From Candidatus Poribacteria bacterium (GTDB lineage: Bacteria > Poribacteria > WGA-4E > PCPOR2b), in the NCBI GenBank assembly GCA_965218095.1, contig OZ244587.1:608001-672000 (forward strand): 64,000 bases of DNA. Direction: 5' to 3'. The translations under genes and the position numbers were made by a program. The notes beneath the pieces are model-generated. The model saw only the letters and a program-made list of their open reading frames with translations, was not told where the DNA came from and searched no databases. Of this stretch, positions 27,584-37,439 are shown piece after piece. Position 1 is the stretch's first letter. The number at the start of each line of letters is the position of its first letter.

Positions 27584-29329
27584 ATGAAAAACGCGACAAC
27601 TGAAACAAAAGGTACGGAGAAAAACAACGAGACGGCTACGGGCGATTCAATTGTCTCCACTGACTTTATTCGGCAGGCGGTTAAGGAAGACTTGCGGACA
27701 AACAGGTTTGGCGGGCGGGTTCATACACGGTTTCCGCCGGAGCCGAACGGCTATCTACATCTTGGGAATACGACAGCCTTCTGCCTTGATTTCGGTATCG
27801 CCGAAGATTTCGGTGGGCTTTGCAATTTGCGCTTCGATGATACCAATCCAACAAAGGAAAACACCGAATATGTCGAATCGATGAAAAAAGATGTGCGGTG
27901 GCTTGGATTCGATTGGGAAGACCGGGAGTTCTACGCCTCGGACTACTTTGAACAACTCTACGAATATGCCGTGAAACTCATCAGGAAAGGGAAGGCGTAC
28001 GTTTGCGATTTAAGTCCAGATGAAATCCGGGAATACCGCGGCACTTTGACGGAACCGGGGATGGACAGTCCGTATCGCAACCGTTCTGTTGAGGAGAATT
28101 TGGATCTGTTCAAACGCATGCGTGCTGGAGAATTCCCGGATGCCTCCCGCACGCTTCGTGCAAAGATTGATATGACGTCGCCAAATCTGAACATGCGCGA
28201 TCCGGTCATGTACCGAATTCTGCACGCAACCCATTACCGGCAGGGTGATAAGTGGTGCATCTATCCGACGTATGACTTTGCCCATGGACAGTCAGATTCC
28301 ATCGAAGGCATAACCCACTCGCTTTGCTCACAGGAATTTGAAGATCACCGTCCATTGTATGATTGGTACCTTGACGAATTGGAAATCTATCATCCGCGGC
28401 AGATTGAGTTTGCCCGCCGCAATTTTAGCTATACTGTGGTGAGCAAGCGATGGTTGATCCGGTTGGTGGAGGAGGGGCATGTCAACGGGTGGGACGATCC
28501 GCGACTGCCAACACTATCCGGTATGCGGAGACGTGGCTACACACCAGAGGCAATCCGAGACTTCTGTAATCGCATCGGCATGTCAAAAAGCGATAATCTG
28601 ATCGATATTTCCTTGCTTGAATACTGCCTCCGCCAAGATTTGAATATACGCGCGCCGCGTGTGATGGCTGTATTGCGTCCACTGAAGGTGATTATTGACA
28701 ACTATCCAGAGGGCAAAGTCGAAGAGCTAGACGCTGAGAACAATCCGGAGGACGAGAGCACAGGGTCACGAAAGATTCCGTTTTCACGCGAGATTTATAT
28801 CGAACGGGAAGATTTTATGGAAGACCCACCGCGGAAATACTTCCGCTTGGCGCCCGGTCGTGAAGTTCGGCTGAAACATGCCTATTATATCACATGTGTT
28901 GGTGTGGTTAAGGACGAGCAGACGGGAGAAGTGACCGAGCTCCATTGTACTTATGACCCGAAGACGCGAGGGGGTTGGTCTGAAGACGGACGCAAGGTCA
29001 GGGGGACGTTGCACTGGATTTCAACCCCTCACGCGCTTGAAGCCGAAGTCCGCTTATTTGACTATCTCTTCACCAAACCCAACCCCAACGATGTCGAAGC
29101 AGGCTCGGATTTCAGGGAGTCTCTGAATCCAAACTCTTTGGAGGTATTGAGGTCGTGCCGAGTTGAATCCAGTCTGGCCGATGCGGCATCGGGAAGTCAC
29201 TACCAGTTTCTCAGAACAGGGTATTTCTGCGTAGACCCCGATTCCTCCGATGGAAAACTCGTATTCAATCGGACGGTCACGTTGCGGGATACCTGGGCAA
29301 AAATCCAGAGAGCGCAGCAGCGTCAGTGA
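27584..29329 (+). CDS. glnS: Glutamine--tRNA ligase
   Basis: [55 protein letters not shown]; GAGGAG RBS. Confidence 0.92.
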   Translation: MKNATTETKGTEKNNETATGDSIVSTDFIRQAVKEDLRTNRFGGRVHTRFPPEPNGYLHLGNTTAFCLDFGIAEDFGGLCNLRFDDTNPTKENTEYVESMKKDVRWLGFDWEDREFYASDYFEQLYEYAVKLIRKGKAYVCDLSPDEIREYRGTLTEPGMDSPYRNRSVEENLDLFKRMRAGEFPDASRTLRAKIDMTSPNLNMRDPVMYRILHATHYRQGDKWCIYPTYDFAHGQSDSIEGITHSLCSQEFEDHRPLYDWYLDELEIYHPRQIEFARRNFSYTVVSKRWLIRLVEEGHVNGWDDPRLPTLSGMRRRGYTPEAIRDFCNRIGMSKSDNLIDISLLEYCLRQDLNIRAPRVMAVLRPLKVIIDNYPEGKVEELDAENNPEDESTGSRKIPFSREIYIEREDFMEDPPRKYFRLAPGREVRLKHAYYITCVGVVKDEQTGEVTELHCTYDPKTRGGWSEDGRKVRGTLHWISTPHALEAEVRLFDYLFTKPNPNDVEAGSDFRESLNPNSLEVLRSCRVESSLADAASGSHYQFLRTGYFCVDPDSSDGKLVFNRTVTLRDTWAKIQRAQQRQ

Positions 29330-29355
29330 GGGAAATCGTGAATGCCATGAGAAAA

Positions 29356-29532
29356 GTCAACTACCCTGCCCTGAAAGATGGGACTTGTAACCCCCCTGAC
29401 AAGGGGGGACAGGAAGACGTCCCCTTTGTCAGACCCCCTTTTCAGGGGGTTATCTCGATTTTTTTGCAAGAAAAAAGAAGGCACGGTTTCCTCCCCAGTC
29501 TAAAGACATGGGGTCTCCACCGTGAAGATTTG
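29356..29532 (+). mobile_element. Non-autonomous IS200/IS605-type (IscB-element-like) MITE
   Basis: Left end GTCAACTACCCTGCCCTGAAAGATGGGACTTG; right end TTCCTCCCCAGTCTAAAGACATGGGGTCTCCACCGTGAAGATTTG; subterminal hairpins; ATGAGAAAA on both flanks. Confidence 0.65.
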
Positions 29533-29634
29533 ATGAGAAAATATCGAGACTATTGCTCTGTTGGAGCCGCCATAATGTCTAAGACACGGGCGATAATCCC
29601 CGTCCACAACGTGGGGCTTCTGCCACCGCTGAAC

Positions 29635-30960
29635 TCATCGGGTGTACTCATGGGGTTTCTCGCTGTCAGAGGGCCAATACCCGTCGCGGGATTGCTCCCA
29701 CAGATTCCCGCACGACCCGGAAATCACACGCCATTCAGACGCACTCAGGTCCGGATCCGGGTGGAAGAGAAACCGCTCTAACCCTGCACGCTCCGAAGCC
29801 GTCAGGATGCCATGCAGGTCTCCAGCCGTCATCGCATCGCCGGCGTGCGGACTCCGTCCCGTGGACACCCAGGCGATCACCTTATCAATGTCCCCGATAG
29901 CCTCCAACGCTCGACGCGTTTCGTTGTAGACAACCTCCGAGAAGAATTCCTCCGAAAATCCCAGTTCCATGTCCATCAGCGAGTGGACCCCCGGCAGTTC
30001 CAGCCCGAACAACGACTTCACCACGGCGAAGCAATCCTCCTCCGTCAACACCGGATTCCACTCAGAGAGCTTCCGCACCCAGCGGGCGATCGTCCCGTAC
30101 ATCCCATCAAAGCCCCGGTGCCAGTAGTAGTGTTTGGGGAAAATGTAGTCGAAGATCGATGCCATCTGCTGATAGTTCTGTCCGGTGAGCGAGGAGAAGG
30201 TCGCCGTGCGTGGAATGCCGCCCAATTCCACTTTGCGGTTCAATCTATCGACCTGGGCGCGTACAGCCTTCATGTAACCTAGCGCCGTTTCTTGGCGCGT
30301 CCGCAGCCAGTAGAGCGCGTCTTCATTGATGTCGAACAATGTCAGTGCCGCCAGCATGCCCCCCGGCGCGTGATACCGCACTAGAGATGGCGTCAGATTG
30401 TGAAGTCGTTCCCGTAAGTGCGCAATGCCACGCTCCAGACGGTCGATATCCTTTCCTAAAGCCGCAAAGCGATGCCGCTCACCCTCACGGATCTCCAACA
30501 GTTCACCGCCGTGATGGAAAGCCAATTCGTAGTGTTGTTCCCCGGGGCCGTCTATGATAACGCCGTGCGCCTGGGGATAGGCGTTCATCGTATCCTGGGC
30601 GCTGGCTGCAAACCCTACCACGCCGTAAGGATCTTCCTCCAACGGTCGCCCTCCGCCGCCTCCGGGGACGCTGAAGGTCATAATATGCCAGCCGCGGGAG
30701 GCGGCGTCGTCCAGCATGGCGTGAAGCTGTTTCTCCTTCTCCGGATCGCGTGGAGCTTCCGCCGGCGGGCTAACTCCGAATGATTCGTACACTTTGGGGT
30801 CAGGGGGGAAAGTGGGAATCGCTGTACCGTCTTCCTGCATGAACCGCAGATAACCAAACACGATGCCGCGTACACCACCGTCTTCCCAGGCGTTGAACGT
30901 GCGCTTGTAGTCGGTCATCCAGTATTCGAGCGGGCTCTGGGTAAAGATCCACGGTACCAT
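29635..30960 (-). CDS. Conserved hypothetical protein (possible TIM-barrel enzyme)
   Basis: 441-aa ORF with GGAGG RBS; FDYIFPKHYYWHRGFDG motif; no family recognised. Confidence 0.75.
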   Translation of the reverse strand: MVPWIFTQSPLEYWMTDYKRTFNAWEDGGVRGIVFGYLRFMQEDGTAIPTFPPDPKVYESFGVSPPAEAPRDPEKEKQLHAMLDDAASRGWHIMTFSVPGGGGGRPLEEDPYGVVGFAASAQDTMNAYPQAHGVIIDGPGEQHYELAFHHGGELLEIREGERHRFAALGKDIDRLERGIAHLRERLHNLTPSLVRYHAPGGMLAALTLFDINEDALYWLRTRQETALGYMKAVRAQVDRLNRKVELGGIPRTATFSSLTGQNYQQMASIFDYIFPKHYYWHRGFDGMYGTIARWVRKLSEWNPVLTEEDCFAVVKSLFGLELPGVHSLMDMELGFSEEFFSEVVYNETRRALEAIGDIDKVIAWVSTGRSPHAGDAMTAGDLHGILTASERAGLERFLFHPDPDLSASEWRVISGSCGNLWEQSRDGYWPSDSEKPHEYTR

Positions 30961-31108
30961 AAGAACCTCCTTAAAGTTATTGAATTACGCAGTTGATTCC
31001 ACGGATTCAAGCGATGTCTGTATCTTGCATCTTGTTCTGGATTCAGGATGCAAAATGCAGGCAGGACGGGACTTGCTCAACTTAGGTGCATAATCCCTAT
31101 GAAAATTT

Positions 31109-32200
31109 CTACTCAACCGCCGGCGGCCCGGTATAGCCGATAGTCTCCCAACCAGCCACGTCGCCGCCCTTCAGTCGGTAAGGATGAGGATAGATCTTGA
31201 GAGAACGGTCTTCCAGCGGCAGAGAGATCCGCCGATGCCCCTGATGGGCGGACTGCTTTAGAACGATGGCGATTTCCAGCGCTTGGCGGTAATCGTGGCC
31301 GCTGCACTGTGCTTCCCCACCAGTATCAACGGCCCGCATCAGCCGCTCAATGGCGGAGGTAAATCTATCTTTCAGAGAGTTCTTCAAGAACTCAGGATAG
31401 ACCGGGGTCGAAGCGGCGTCCTGTCCCTGAATCAGCACGGGCTTGGGGGAGGTAATCCATACTCGCCCATTCTCCCCGGTGATGGAAACTGGACAGAACA
31501 CTCGCTGATCGGGCTTCGGCCTGGGAATGTCGCAGATGATGCCGCCGGACAGCCCCAAATGTCCATAAGCGGGAGAATCGATCTCAACCTCTGGGAATTC
31601 GACCGGCGGCATCCAGCCGGCTTCCGGCGACAACGCCCAGCCTTCAACCCAATCCACCTCCATCCCGGTGAGCAGTCGCATCATGGTCAGTTGGACGCAG
31701 CCCCCGCCCGACGCCTCTGTGGGGAGCCCGCCGGGTATGGCGGCGCTGGTCAGTCGACCGATATTTCCGTCGCGAATCCATTCAGCGGTCTCCAGCAGAT
31801 ATGGGGAGTCCCAGTAGCCAGTGCCGCAGCCGAAGGCGGTCCCACATTCCCGGCAGATACGCACCATCTCGTCTGCCTGCGACAGTTCGACGGCGATCGG
31901 CTTTTCGCACGAGACCGCCTTGACGCCGGCTTCAGCACAGGCGATGACGGTTTCGGGATTGTGGGCGACCGGGAGGATAATCGAAACGATGTCCGGAAGT
32001 TCTCTAGTGAGAAGGTCGTCCACCGTGTCGAGGACAGTCGTGACGCCGTAGCGGTCGGCGAAAGCCTGCCGGCGGTCTCGCGCCTGATCCACCAGTGCAA
32101 CGATTTCACAGTCGGGGTGGTTGGCGTAAGCGCGTAAATAGAAACGCCCCCATGTCCCGGCGCCTCCGACGACGGCAACTCGGTATTTTTTTGTTGGCAA
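31109..32200 (-). CDS. Gfo/Idh/MocA family oxidoreductase
   Basis: VVGGAGTWG, CEKPIA; AGGAG RBS before TTG. Confidence 0.85.
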   Translation of the reverse strand: MPTKKYRVAVVGGAGTWGRFYLRAYANHPDCEIVALVDQARDRRQAFADRYGVTTVLDTVDDLLTRELPDIVSIILPVAHNPETVIACAEAGVKAVSCEKPIAVELSQADEMVRICRECGTAFGCGTGYWDSPYLLETAEWIRDGNIGRLTSAAIPGGLPTEASGGGCVQLTMMRLLTGMEVDWVEGWALSPEAGWMPPVEFPEVEIDSPAYGHLGLSGGIICDIPRPKPDQRVFCPVSITGENGRVWITSPKPVLIQGQDAASTPVYPEFLKNSLKDRFTSAIERLMRAVDTGGEAQCSGHDYRQALEIAIVLKQSAHQGHRRISLPLEDRSLKIYPHPYRLKGGDVAGWETIGYTGPPAVE

Positions 32201-32225
32201 AATTTAACTCCTTTCGTCCTTATTT

Positions 32226-34325
32226 TCAAATTCTAGTCAGAATCAAATTCCCGAACTTGTCGACCTGCGCCTGATAGCCGGGGTGGATAACCGTTGTAGA
32301 ATCGATTTCTTCAACAATCGCCGGGCCCTCCAAAACGCCTCCAGGGCCCAGACGGTAGCGGTCATAGATGGGGCATTCAACGTAACCGTCGCTTTCGGCA
32401 AAGTACACAGATCGAGTCGCTTTCTGCGCTGCCATGGCGTTTGTGTTGTTCCCTTCCAACTCGCGGAGGCGGGGCTTGGCAATCTTGCCGAGCGCGGTGA
32501 GCCGCAGGTTCACGAATTCGACCGGTTCTTCCGGCGCACTGTATCCATAAGCACGGTCGTGCTCGATATGGAACCCGTCCAGAACCCGAGCAATCTCGAG
32601 AGCGTCCAGCCGACCATCTGGTAACGGCACCGTCAACTCGTAACTTTGTCCCACATAGCGCATGTCCACTTGTCGCAGGAAGATGATGTCTTTTGGGCGC
32701 ATTCCCTCCCGCTCCAGGCTCGCCCGTCCCTGCGCCTCCAACTCTCGGTAGGTCTCCTCCACCGCCACCGCATCCAGTTGATCGATTCGTTGGATAAGCG
32801 TTGTGGAGTAGTCGTGCTTGAGGTCTGTTACCAGCAGCCCCATGGCTGAGGTTGTACCGGGGCTCATGGGGATGATAGTGGTAGGCGCCTCAATCTCCGC
32901 CGCCAAACGGTTGGCGTGTACCGGTCCTGCCCCGCCAAAAGCCATCAGGACGAAGTCTCTGGGGTCGTAGCCGCGCTGAACTGAAATTAGGCGCAGGGCG
33001 TTCACCATGGCGGCGTTGGCGATCTCCACGATGCCGTGCGCAGCCGCGACCACGTCCAGTCCCAACGGATCAACGCACTTCTCCTTTATTGCCCGCCGTG
33101 CGGCATCCACATCCAGTTCGATCTCCCCGCCAAGGAAGTAGCGAGGATTAAGCCGTCCCAACACCAGATTGGCATCGGTGATGGTGGGTTCTACCCCGCC
33201 TTTGCCATAGCACACCGGACCGGGGTTAGCGCCCGCGCTCTGCGGACCGACTCGCAGCACATCGCCGGAGTCCACCCAGGCGATAGAACCACCGCCTGCG
33301 CCAATCTCCACAAGGTCTATCACGGGCGTTCGGATAGGATAGCCCCCACCACGAGAGGCGCCCACGCCGGCTTGGGCAGCCGTCCCCACCTCGTAGTCCT
33401 TGGTCACTCGTGGCGTGCTGTCCCGGATGAGCCCGGCCTTCGCTGTGGTGCCCCCCATGTCTAGGGAGATGACATCTGGGTGTCCTAGCGTGGCGCCGAG
33501 ATAGGTCGCTGCGATGACGCCTGCCGCTGGGCCTGACTCTACCATGAAGACCGGCTTCTCGCTAGCTGCTGCAAAGGTGAACACCCCGCCGCTGCTCTGC
33601 ATCACGAGCAGTTCAGCCTCCAGGCCTTCCTCCCGCAGCCGAGCCTTGATGCTCTGAAGGTAACGCTCCACGACCGGGCGGATGGAAGCGTTGATGACTG
33701 TGGTACTTGCCCGAAAATACTCCCGGAACTCTGGCGCTACCTCGGACGAAAGGGAGATGACGACATCGGGGAAGACCTCGCGTAGAATCTCGCGTGTCCG
33801 TGTCTCATGGTTTGGATTGATGTAGGAGTGAAGGAAGCAGACAGCAATCGACTCCACCCCCTCTCGGTGAAGCTGTTCAGCGACGTCCCTCGCCGCATTT
33901 TCATCAAGCGGCGTGAGCACATTTCCTTGGGCGTCCAGTCGCTCTGGCACACCGAAGCACAAATAGCGGGGCGTCAGTGGTCGAGGCTTTTCAAATTGTA
34001 AATCATAAAGCGACGGGCGTATCTGGCGCTGAATCTCCAGCAGATCGCGGAAGCCTTCCGTCGTGATGAAACCTGTGCGAGCGACCTTGCCTTCAATAAT
34101 CGAGTTGGTTGCCACCGTCGTGCCGTGCACAACATATTCGACTTCGTCCGGCGACACGCCACCTTCACGCAGCATACGATGGGTCGCTTCCATGAATCCC
34201 TGTGAAGGGTCCTGGGGCGTCGACGGGACCTTGCCGACACGAATCTCACCCGTGACCTCATTGATCAGCGTCGCATCGGTGAAAGTCCCCCCGATGTCAA
34301 CGCCTAGACGATACCTGTAAGCCAT
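32226..34325 (-). CDS. Hydantoinase A/oxoprolinase subunit (ATP-dependent, HyuA-like)
   Basis: GVDIGGTFTD, HGTTVATN, ESGPAAG, DMGGTT, GAGGGSIA, FGGAGPVHA, DMRYVGQSYEL. Confidence 0.92.
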   Translation of the reverse strand: MAYRYRLGVDIGGTFTDATLINEVTGEIRVGKVPSTPQDPSQGFMEATHRMLREGGVSPDEVEYVVHGTTVATNSIIEGKVARTGFITTEGFRDLLEIQRQIRPSLYDLQFEKPRPLTPRYLCFGVPERLDAQGNVLTPLDENAARDVAEQLHREGVESIAVCFLHSYINPNHETRTREILREVFPDVVISLSSEVAPEFREYFRASTTVINASIRPVVERYLQSIKARLREEGLEAELLVMQSSGGVFTFAAASEKPVFMVESGPAAGVIAATYLGATLGHPDVISLDMGGTTAKAGLIRDSTPRVTKDYEVGTAAQAGVGASRGGGYPIRTPVIDLVEIGAGGGSIAWVDSGDVLRVGPQSAGANPGPVCYGKGGVEPTITDANLVLGRLNPRYFLGGEIELDVDAARRAIKEKCVDPLGLDVVAAAHGIVEIANAAMVNALRLISVQRGYDPRDFVLMAFGGAGPVHANRLAAEIEAPTTIIPMSPGTTSAMGLLVTDLKHDYSTTLIQRIDQLDAVAVEETYRELEAQGRASLEREGMRPKDIIFLRQVDMRYVGQSYELTVPLPDGRLDALEIARVLDGFHIEHDRAYGYSAPEEPVEFVNLRLTALGKIAKPRLRELEGNNTNAMAAQKATRSVYFAESDGYVECPIYDRYRLGPGGVLEGPAIVEEIDSTTVIHPGYQAQVDKFGNLILTRI

Positions 34326-34358
34326 AGCAAAATTGCGGCAGAACCTCCGCCGCACCTC

Positions 34359-34406
34359 CTATCTCAGAATCACCATTCGCTTCTTGGCGGTAAAATCCCC
34401 TGTTTG
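34359..34406 (-). pseudogene. Orphan 3' tail of a CTD-family secreted-protein gene
   Basis: Reads QTGDFTAKKRMVILR*, matching the AGDYSATRKMVILK* ends of the CTD genes. Confidence 0.6.
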
Positions 34407-34423
34407 GGTGTCAGTAATTGGGT

Positions 34424-34600
34424 TCATTCGTCTTCATCGCTCTCGTGTGTTGACTGATTTTGCTTGATGTATTCCAACACATCAGCGAGCGTCACCTCAG
34501 CAGATGCCTCCACATTCTTTTCATCACCAACGTGTTTATGATGCGGAAAAGTCGGGATTTTTCTCTAATGTTGGGCATTGTCCCATTGGATTTTGAGTTT
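34424..34600 (-). pseudogene. DUF6516/TumE-like toxin remnant
   Basis: KIQWDNAQH*RKIPTFPHHKHVG..., with an internal TAG at 34565-34567. Confidence 0.6.
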
Positions 34601-34604
34601 ACTA

Positions 34605-34800
34605 TCGGGCTCGCTCCAATGACGAATCCATGATTGTCGGTGATGGTGAACTCTTTTTCACCTTTCTGGTGTTTGTCTCTAGAATAACCGATGCCATCGC
34701 CCCTTTTTTAACAGCGGTATTTGACCCAACCCCATCAAGTCGTGAGGCGTCGAGTTGGATGGTCATCCAGACCCCGATACGTTTTCGCTCATCGAAGAAT
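34605..34800 (-). pseudogene. Degraded IS5-family transposase fragment
   Basis: Across a frameshift: LDGVGSNTAVKK / GDGIGYSRDKHQKGEKEFTITDNHGFV, resembling IS5-type GDGxNTVAKKGGDGIGYSGHKHQKGEK. Confidence 0.55.
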
Positions 34801-35026
34801 ATACATCTCACTGCGTCTTGAGGATAGATCTGGATGGAACTTGTATCCTTGAATCAGATGGTGTGAGTTGGAATTCTGTTTCCTAAACGTAAGGTTACCA
34901 ACCGATTGGTGATGATTTGGGTCATAAAACGGTCTCATTCTTCAAAATATCCGCCGCAAAATGAACCCTTCGACAGGCTCAAGGTAGGCTTTTCCAAAGG
35001 GTTCGTTGGACTTCTCACGCACGCCC

Positions 35027-36745
35027 TCAGTGACCTGAACGCAGCCTAGCAGTCTCCTCTGTGTCGACGATCCAGGTAGCTGTATCGATAGCGACTTTAT
35101 AGACCTCCCGCGCCCGTGTCAGGCCCACCTTGCCCTCGCGCACATCGCGCAGCACCAACTGCGGGTCACGCTCCTCTGGCAGACTGTAACCCCCTCCACC
35201 GCAGGACTGTATACGCATGACATCCCCCGGCTGGAGTTGAACCGTCACTTTCGAGCCAAGTTTGACAGCCTTGCCGTCGGGATTCAGCACATAGCGTGCC
35301 ACCTGCCCATCGTGTCCGCCAAAAAGCCCCCACGGCCCCCATCGATCTCGATCCGCCAGGATGGTGAACGAAACTTCATGGTCAAAGAAGTAGTCACGAC
35401 GCAACCCAAGCCCGCCGCGATGTTTTCCCGGTCCGTCTGAATCGTCCACGAGCTCGTAGCGGATGATGCGTACCGGGTAGTTGATTTCGGTCTCTTCAAT
35501 CGGCGCATTTTCGGTGTTTTGACCGTGGCACTGCACGGCATCGGGACCATCACTAGTCGCCCGACCGCCGTAACCGCCAGCCATCGTCTCGTAATAGGCG
35601 TAAATCTCACCGGTGCGAGGGTCGGTTCCCCCAAAACCCATCTGGCACATCATCGCCTTGGTGCCAGCCGGAACCCGGTTGGGGAGAGCAGGCGCCAGCG
35701 CCTTGAGGAGAACGTCACTCAACCGCACCTGTGTCTCCCAGCCTCCGACCACCGGCGCTGGCGGCGTGCAGTTGACCACCGTCCCCAGCGGGGCGTCTAT
35801 GTGGACCAAACGATAGAAGCCCGCGTTGACCGGTATGTCCGGATCGATGAGACTTTTCAGTACATAAGCGCAGGCGGAGAAGGTCTGGGCATATGTGGAA
35901 TTGACGGGCGCCCGCCGTTGCAGTTCGGAGCCGGTCAGATCGAAAAGGACGCCGTCCTCGTCAATGACCATTTTTCCCACAAGACGCACCGGTTTATCGG
36001 TATAACCATCGTTGTCAACGTAGCCGTCAGCCGTGAAGACGCCCTGGGGGAGTTTTGCCACTTCTGCTCGTGTGCGGCGCTCGGTGTAGGCAAGCAACTC
36101 GTCGATGTAGAAAGCGACTGTTTCAGTCCCCATTCGGTCCAGGAGCGCATTCAGCCGGCGCACGCCGGTGTTGTTGGCTGCTACCTGCGCCCGAAAGTCG
36201 CCCGCCGTCTCGCGCTTGGAACGAATCTGTGCCAACACCAACTGGAAAATGTCCTCAACAATCTCTCCTCCTTGCACCAACTTTACCGGCGGGATAATAA
36301 CTCCCTCTTGATAGACCTCGCGGAAGGCGCCGATGCTGGCTGGCGCTCCGCCGCCTACATCCACATGGTGAGCCAGGTTGGCAACATAACCGAAGAGTGC
36401 ATCATTGTGGTATACGGGTGAGATGAGGGTGATATCGTTGAGGTGGACACCGCCGAGGTAGGGATCGTTGGAGAGAATCGCATCGCCCGGTCTCAGGTTC
36501 TCAGGCCCATATTCGCTAATCACTTTCGGCACAAGTTCAGCTAACGAGCCTAGATGAACGGCTTGGGTGAAGGACTGAGCGACAGGTTGCAACTGGCGGT
36601 CAAAAAACGCGCACGAAAAATCGGCGCGGGTCTTGATGTTGGTCGAGTAGGCGCTGCGCCGCAGGGCGATTGTCATTTCCTCCGTCGCCTCTATCAGGGC
36701 GTTGCGGATGACCTCAAAGTTGATTGGATCGAATGTTGATTTCAT
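35027..36745 (-). CDS. Hydantoinase B/oxoprolinase subunit (HyuB-like), paralog 1
   Basis: RSAYSTNIK, NDPYLGGVHLND, AHHVDVGG, YETMAGGYG, GPGKHRGGLG, GGGGY. Confidence 0.92.
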   Translation of the reverse strand: MKSTFDPINFEVIRNALIEATEEMTIALRRSAYSTNIKTRADFSCAFFDRQLQPVAQSFTQAVHLGSLAELVPKVISEYGPENLRPGDAILSNDPYLGGVHLNDITLISPVYHNDALFGYVANLAHHVDVGGGAPASIGAFREVYQEGVIIPPVKLVQGGEIVEDIFQLVLAQIRSKRETAGDFRAQVAANNTGVRRLNALLDRMGTETVAFYIDELLAYTERRTRAEVAKLPQGVFTADGYVDNDGYTDKPVRLVGKMVIDEDGVLFDLTGSELQRRAPVNSTYAQTFSACAYVLKSLIDPDIPVNAGFYRLVHIDAPLGTVVNCTPPAPVVGGWETQVRLSDVLLKALAPALPNRVPAGTKAMMCQMGFGGTDPRTGEIYAYYETMAGGYGGRATSDGPDAVQCHGQNTENAPIEETEINYPVRIIRYELVDDSDGPGKHRGGLGLRRDYFFDHEVSFTILADRDRWGPWGLFGGHDGQVARYVLNPDGKAVKLGSKVTVQLQPGDVMRIQSCGGGGYSLPEERDPQLVLRDVREGKVGLTRAREVYKVAIDTATWIVDTEETARLRSGH

Positions 36746-36953
36746 AGTCTGCAATCTGAGAACCTCTCTGTGCGTGAAACGTGATTATAGAACAAATTTG
36801 TAGAATAAACGGATTCGGGACAATCTGCTAATTCTGTCAATCTGTGTTCTAGCTGCTGCACTTTTTGTAGAAATCTTCCTTCCCTTCCAGTTGATTTGTC
36901 CCGATGGATCGGGATCTCGCTACGCTAGAGACTTGATTACTCATGTGCTCATT

Positions 36954-37439
36954 TTATTCTAGTCGCTGGAAGGCCAGCCGCTCACCAACGAACCCCTCAC
37001 GCCACACGCTATTACACGCCTGCGCCATCTCCTCAAGATTTTCCATGACTTCTGCGAAGCGATTACCGGGCACAGGACCCATCGTAGGCGAAAAGAGAAA
37101 GTTGTCCCGTCCGTAGAAAATTGCGAGATCTACCATACCGATGCTGTAGGCGACTTCACGCACGTCCGGATTCGTAATGGTACCGGGCGGGAAGAAGAAA
37201 TAGAGTAGATCACCCGGAATTGGCAGGATAGTCGGGTTTTCGAGCCCAATCTCGCTTGGCGCAAAAGGTGGAACAAGTGTGTAAACTTCGTTGCTCGCAT
37301 ACTTGGCATGAAAGGCGTCGCCTTCCTGTGGAAGTGCGTTCCACACCGCCTCGCAGGTCTTCGGCGCAAGGTCATCAAGCAATTGTGCGACGCAACTCAC
37401 GCCGCGCTTCCTGAGCGTCACCTCAATGTATTGAGCCAT
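36954..37439 (-). CDS. DUF3830 family (cyclophilin-like fold) protein
   Basis: APKTCEAVWNALP, HAKYASNEVY, ENPTILPIPGD, DLAIFYGR. Confidence 0.8.
   Translation of the reverse strand: MAQYIEVTLRKRGVSCVAQLLDDLAPKTCEAVWNALPQEGDAFHAKYASNEVYTLVPPFAPSEIGLENPTILPIPGDLLYFFFPPGTITNPDVREVAYSIGMVDLAIFYGRDNFLFSPTMGPVPGNRFAEVMENLEEMAQACNSVWREGFVGERLAFQRLE

Noticed and set aside
29326-29781. 151-aa ORF after glnS
   Set aside because: It runs through the MITE palindromes and into the 3' end of an opposite-strand gene.
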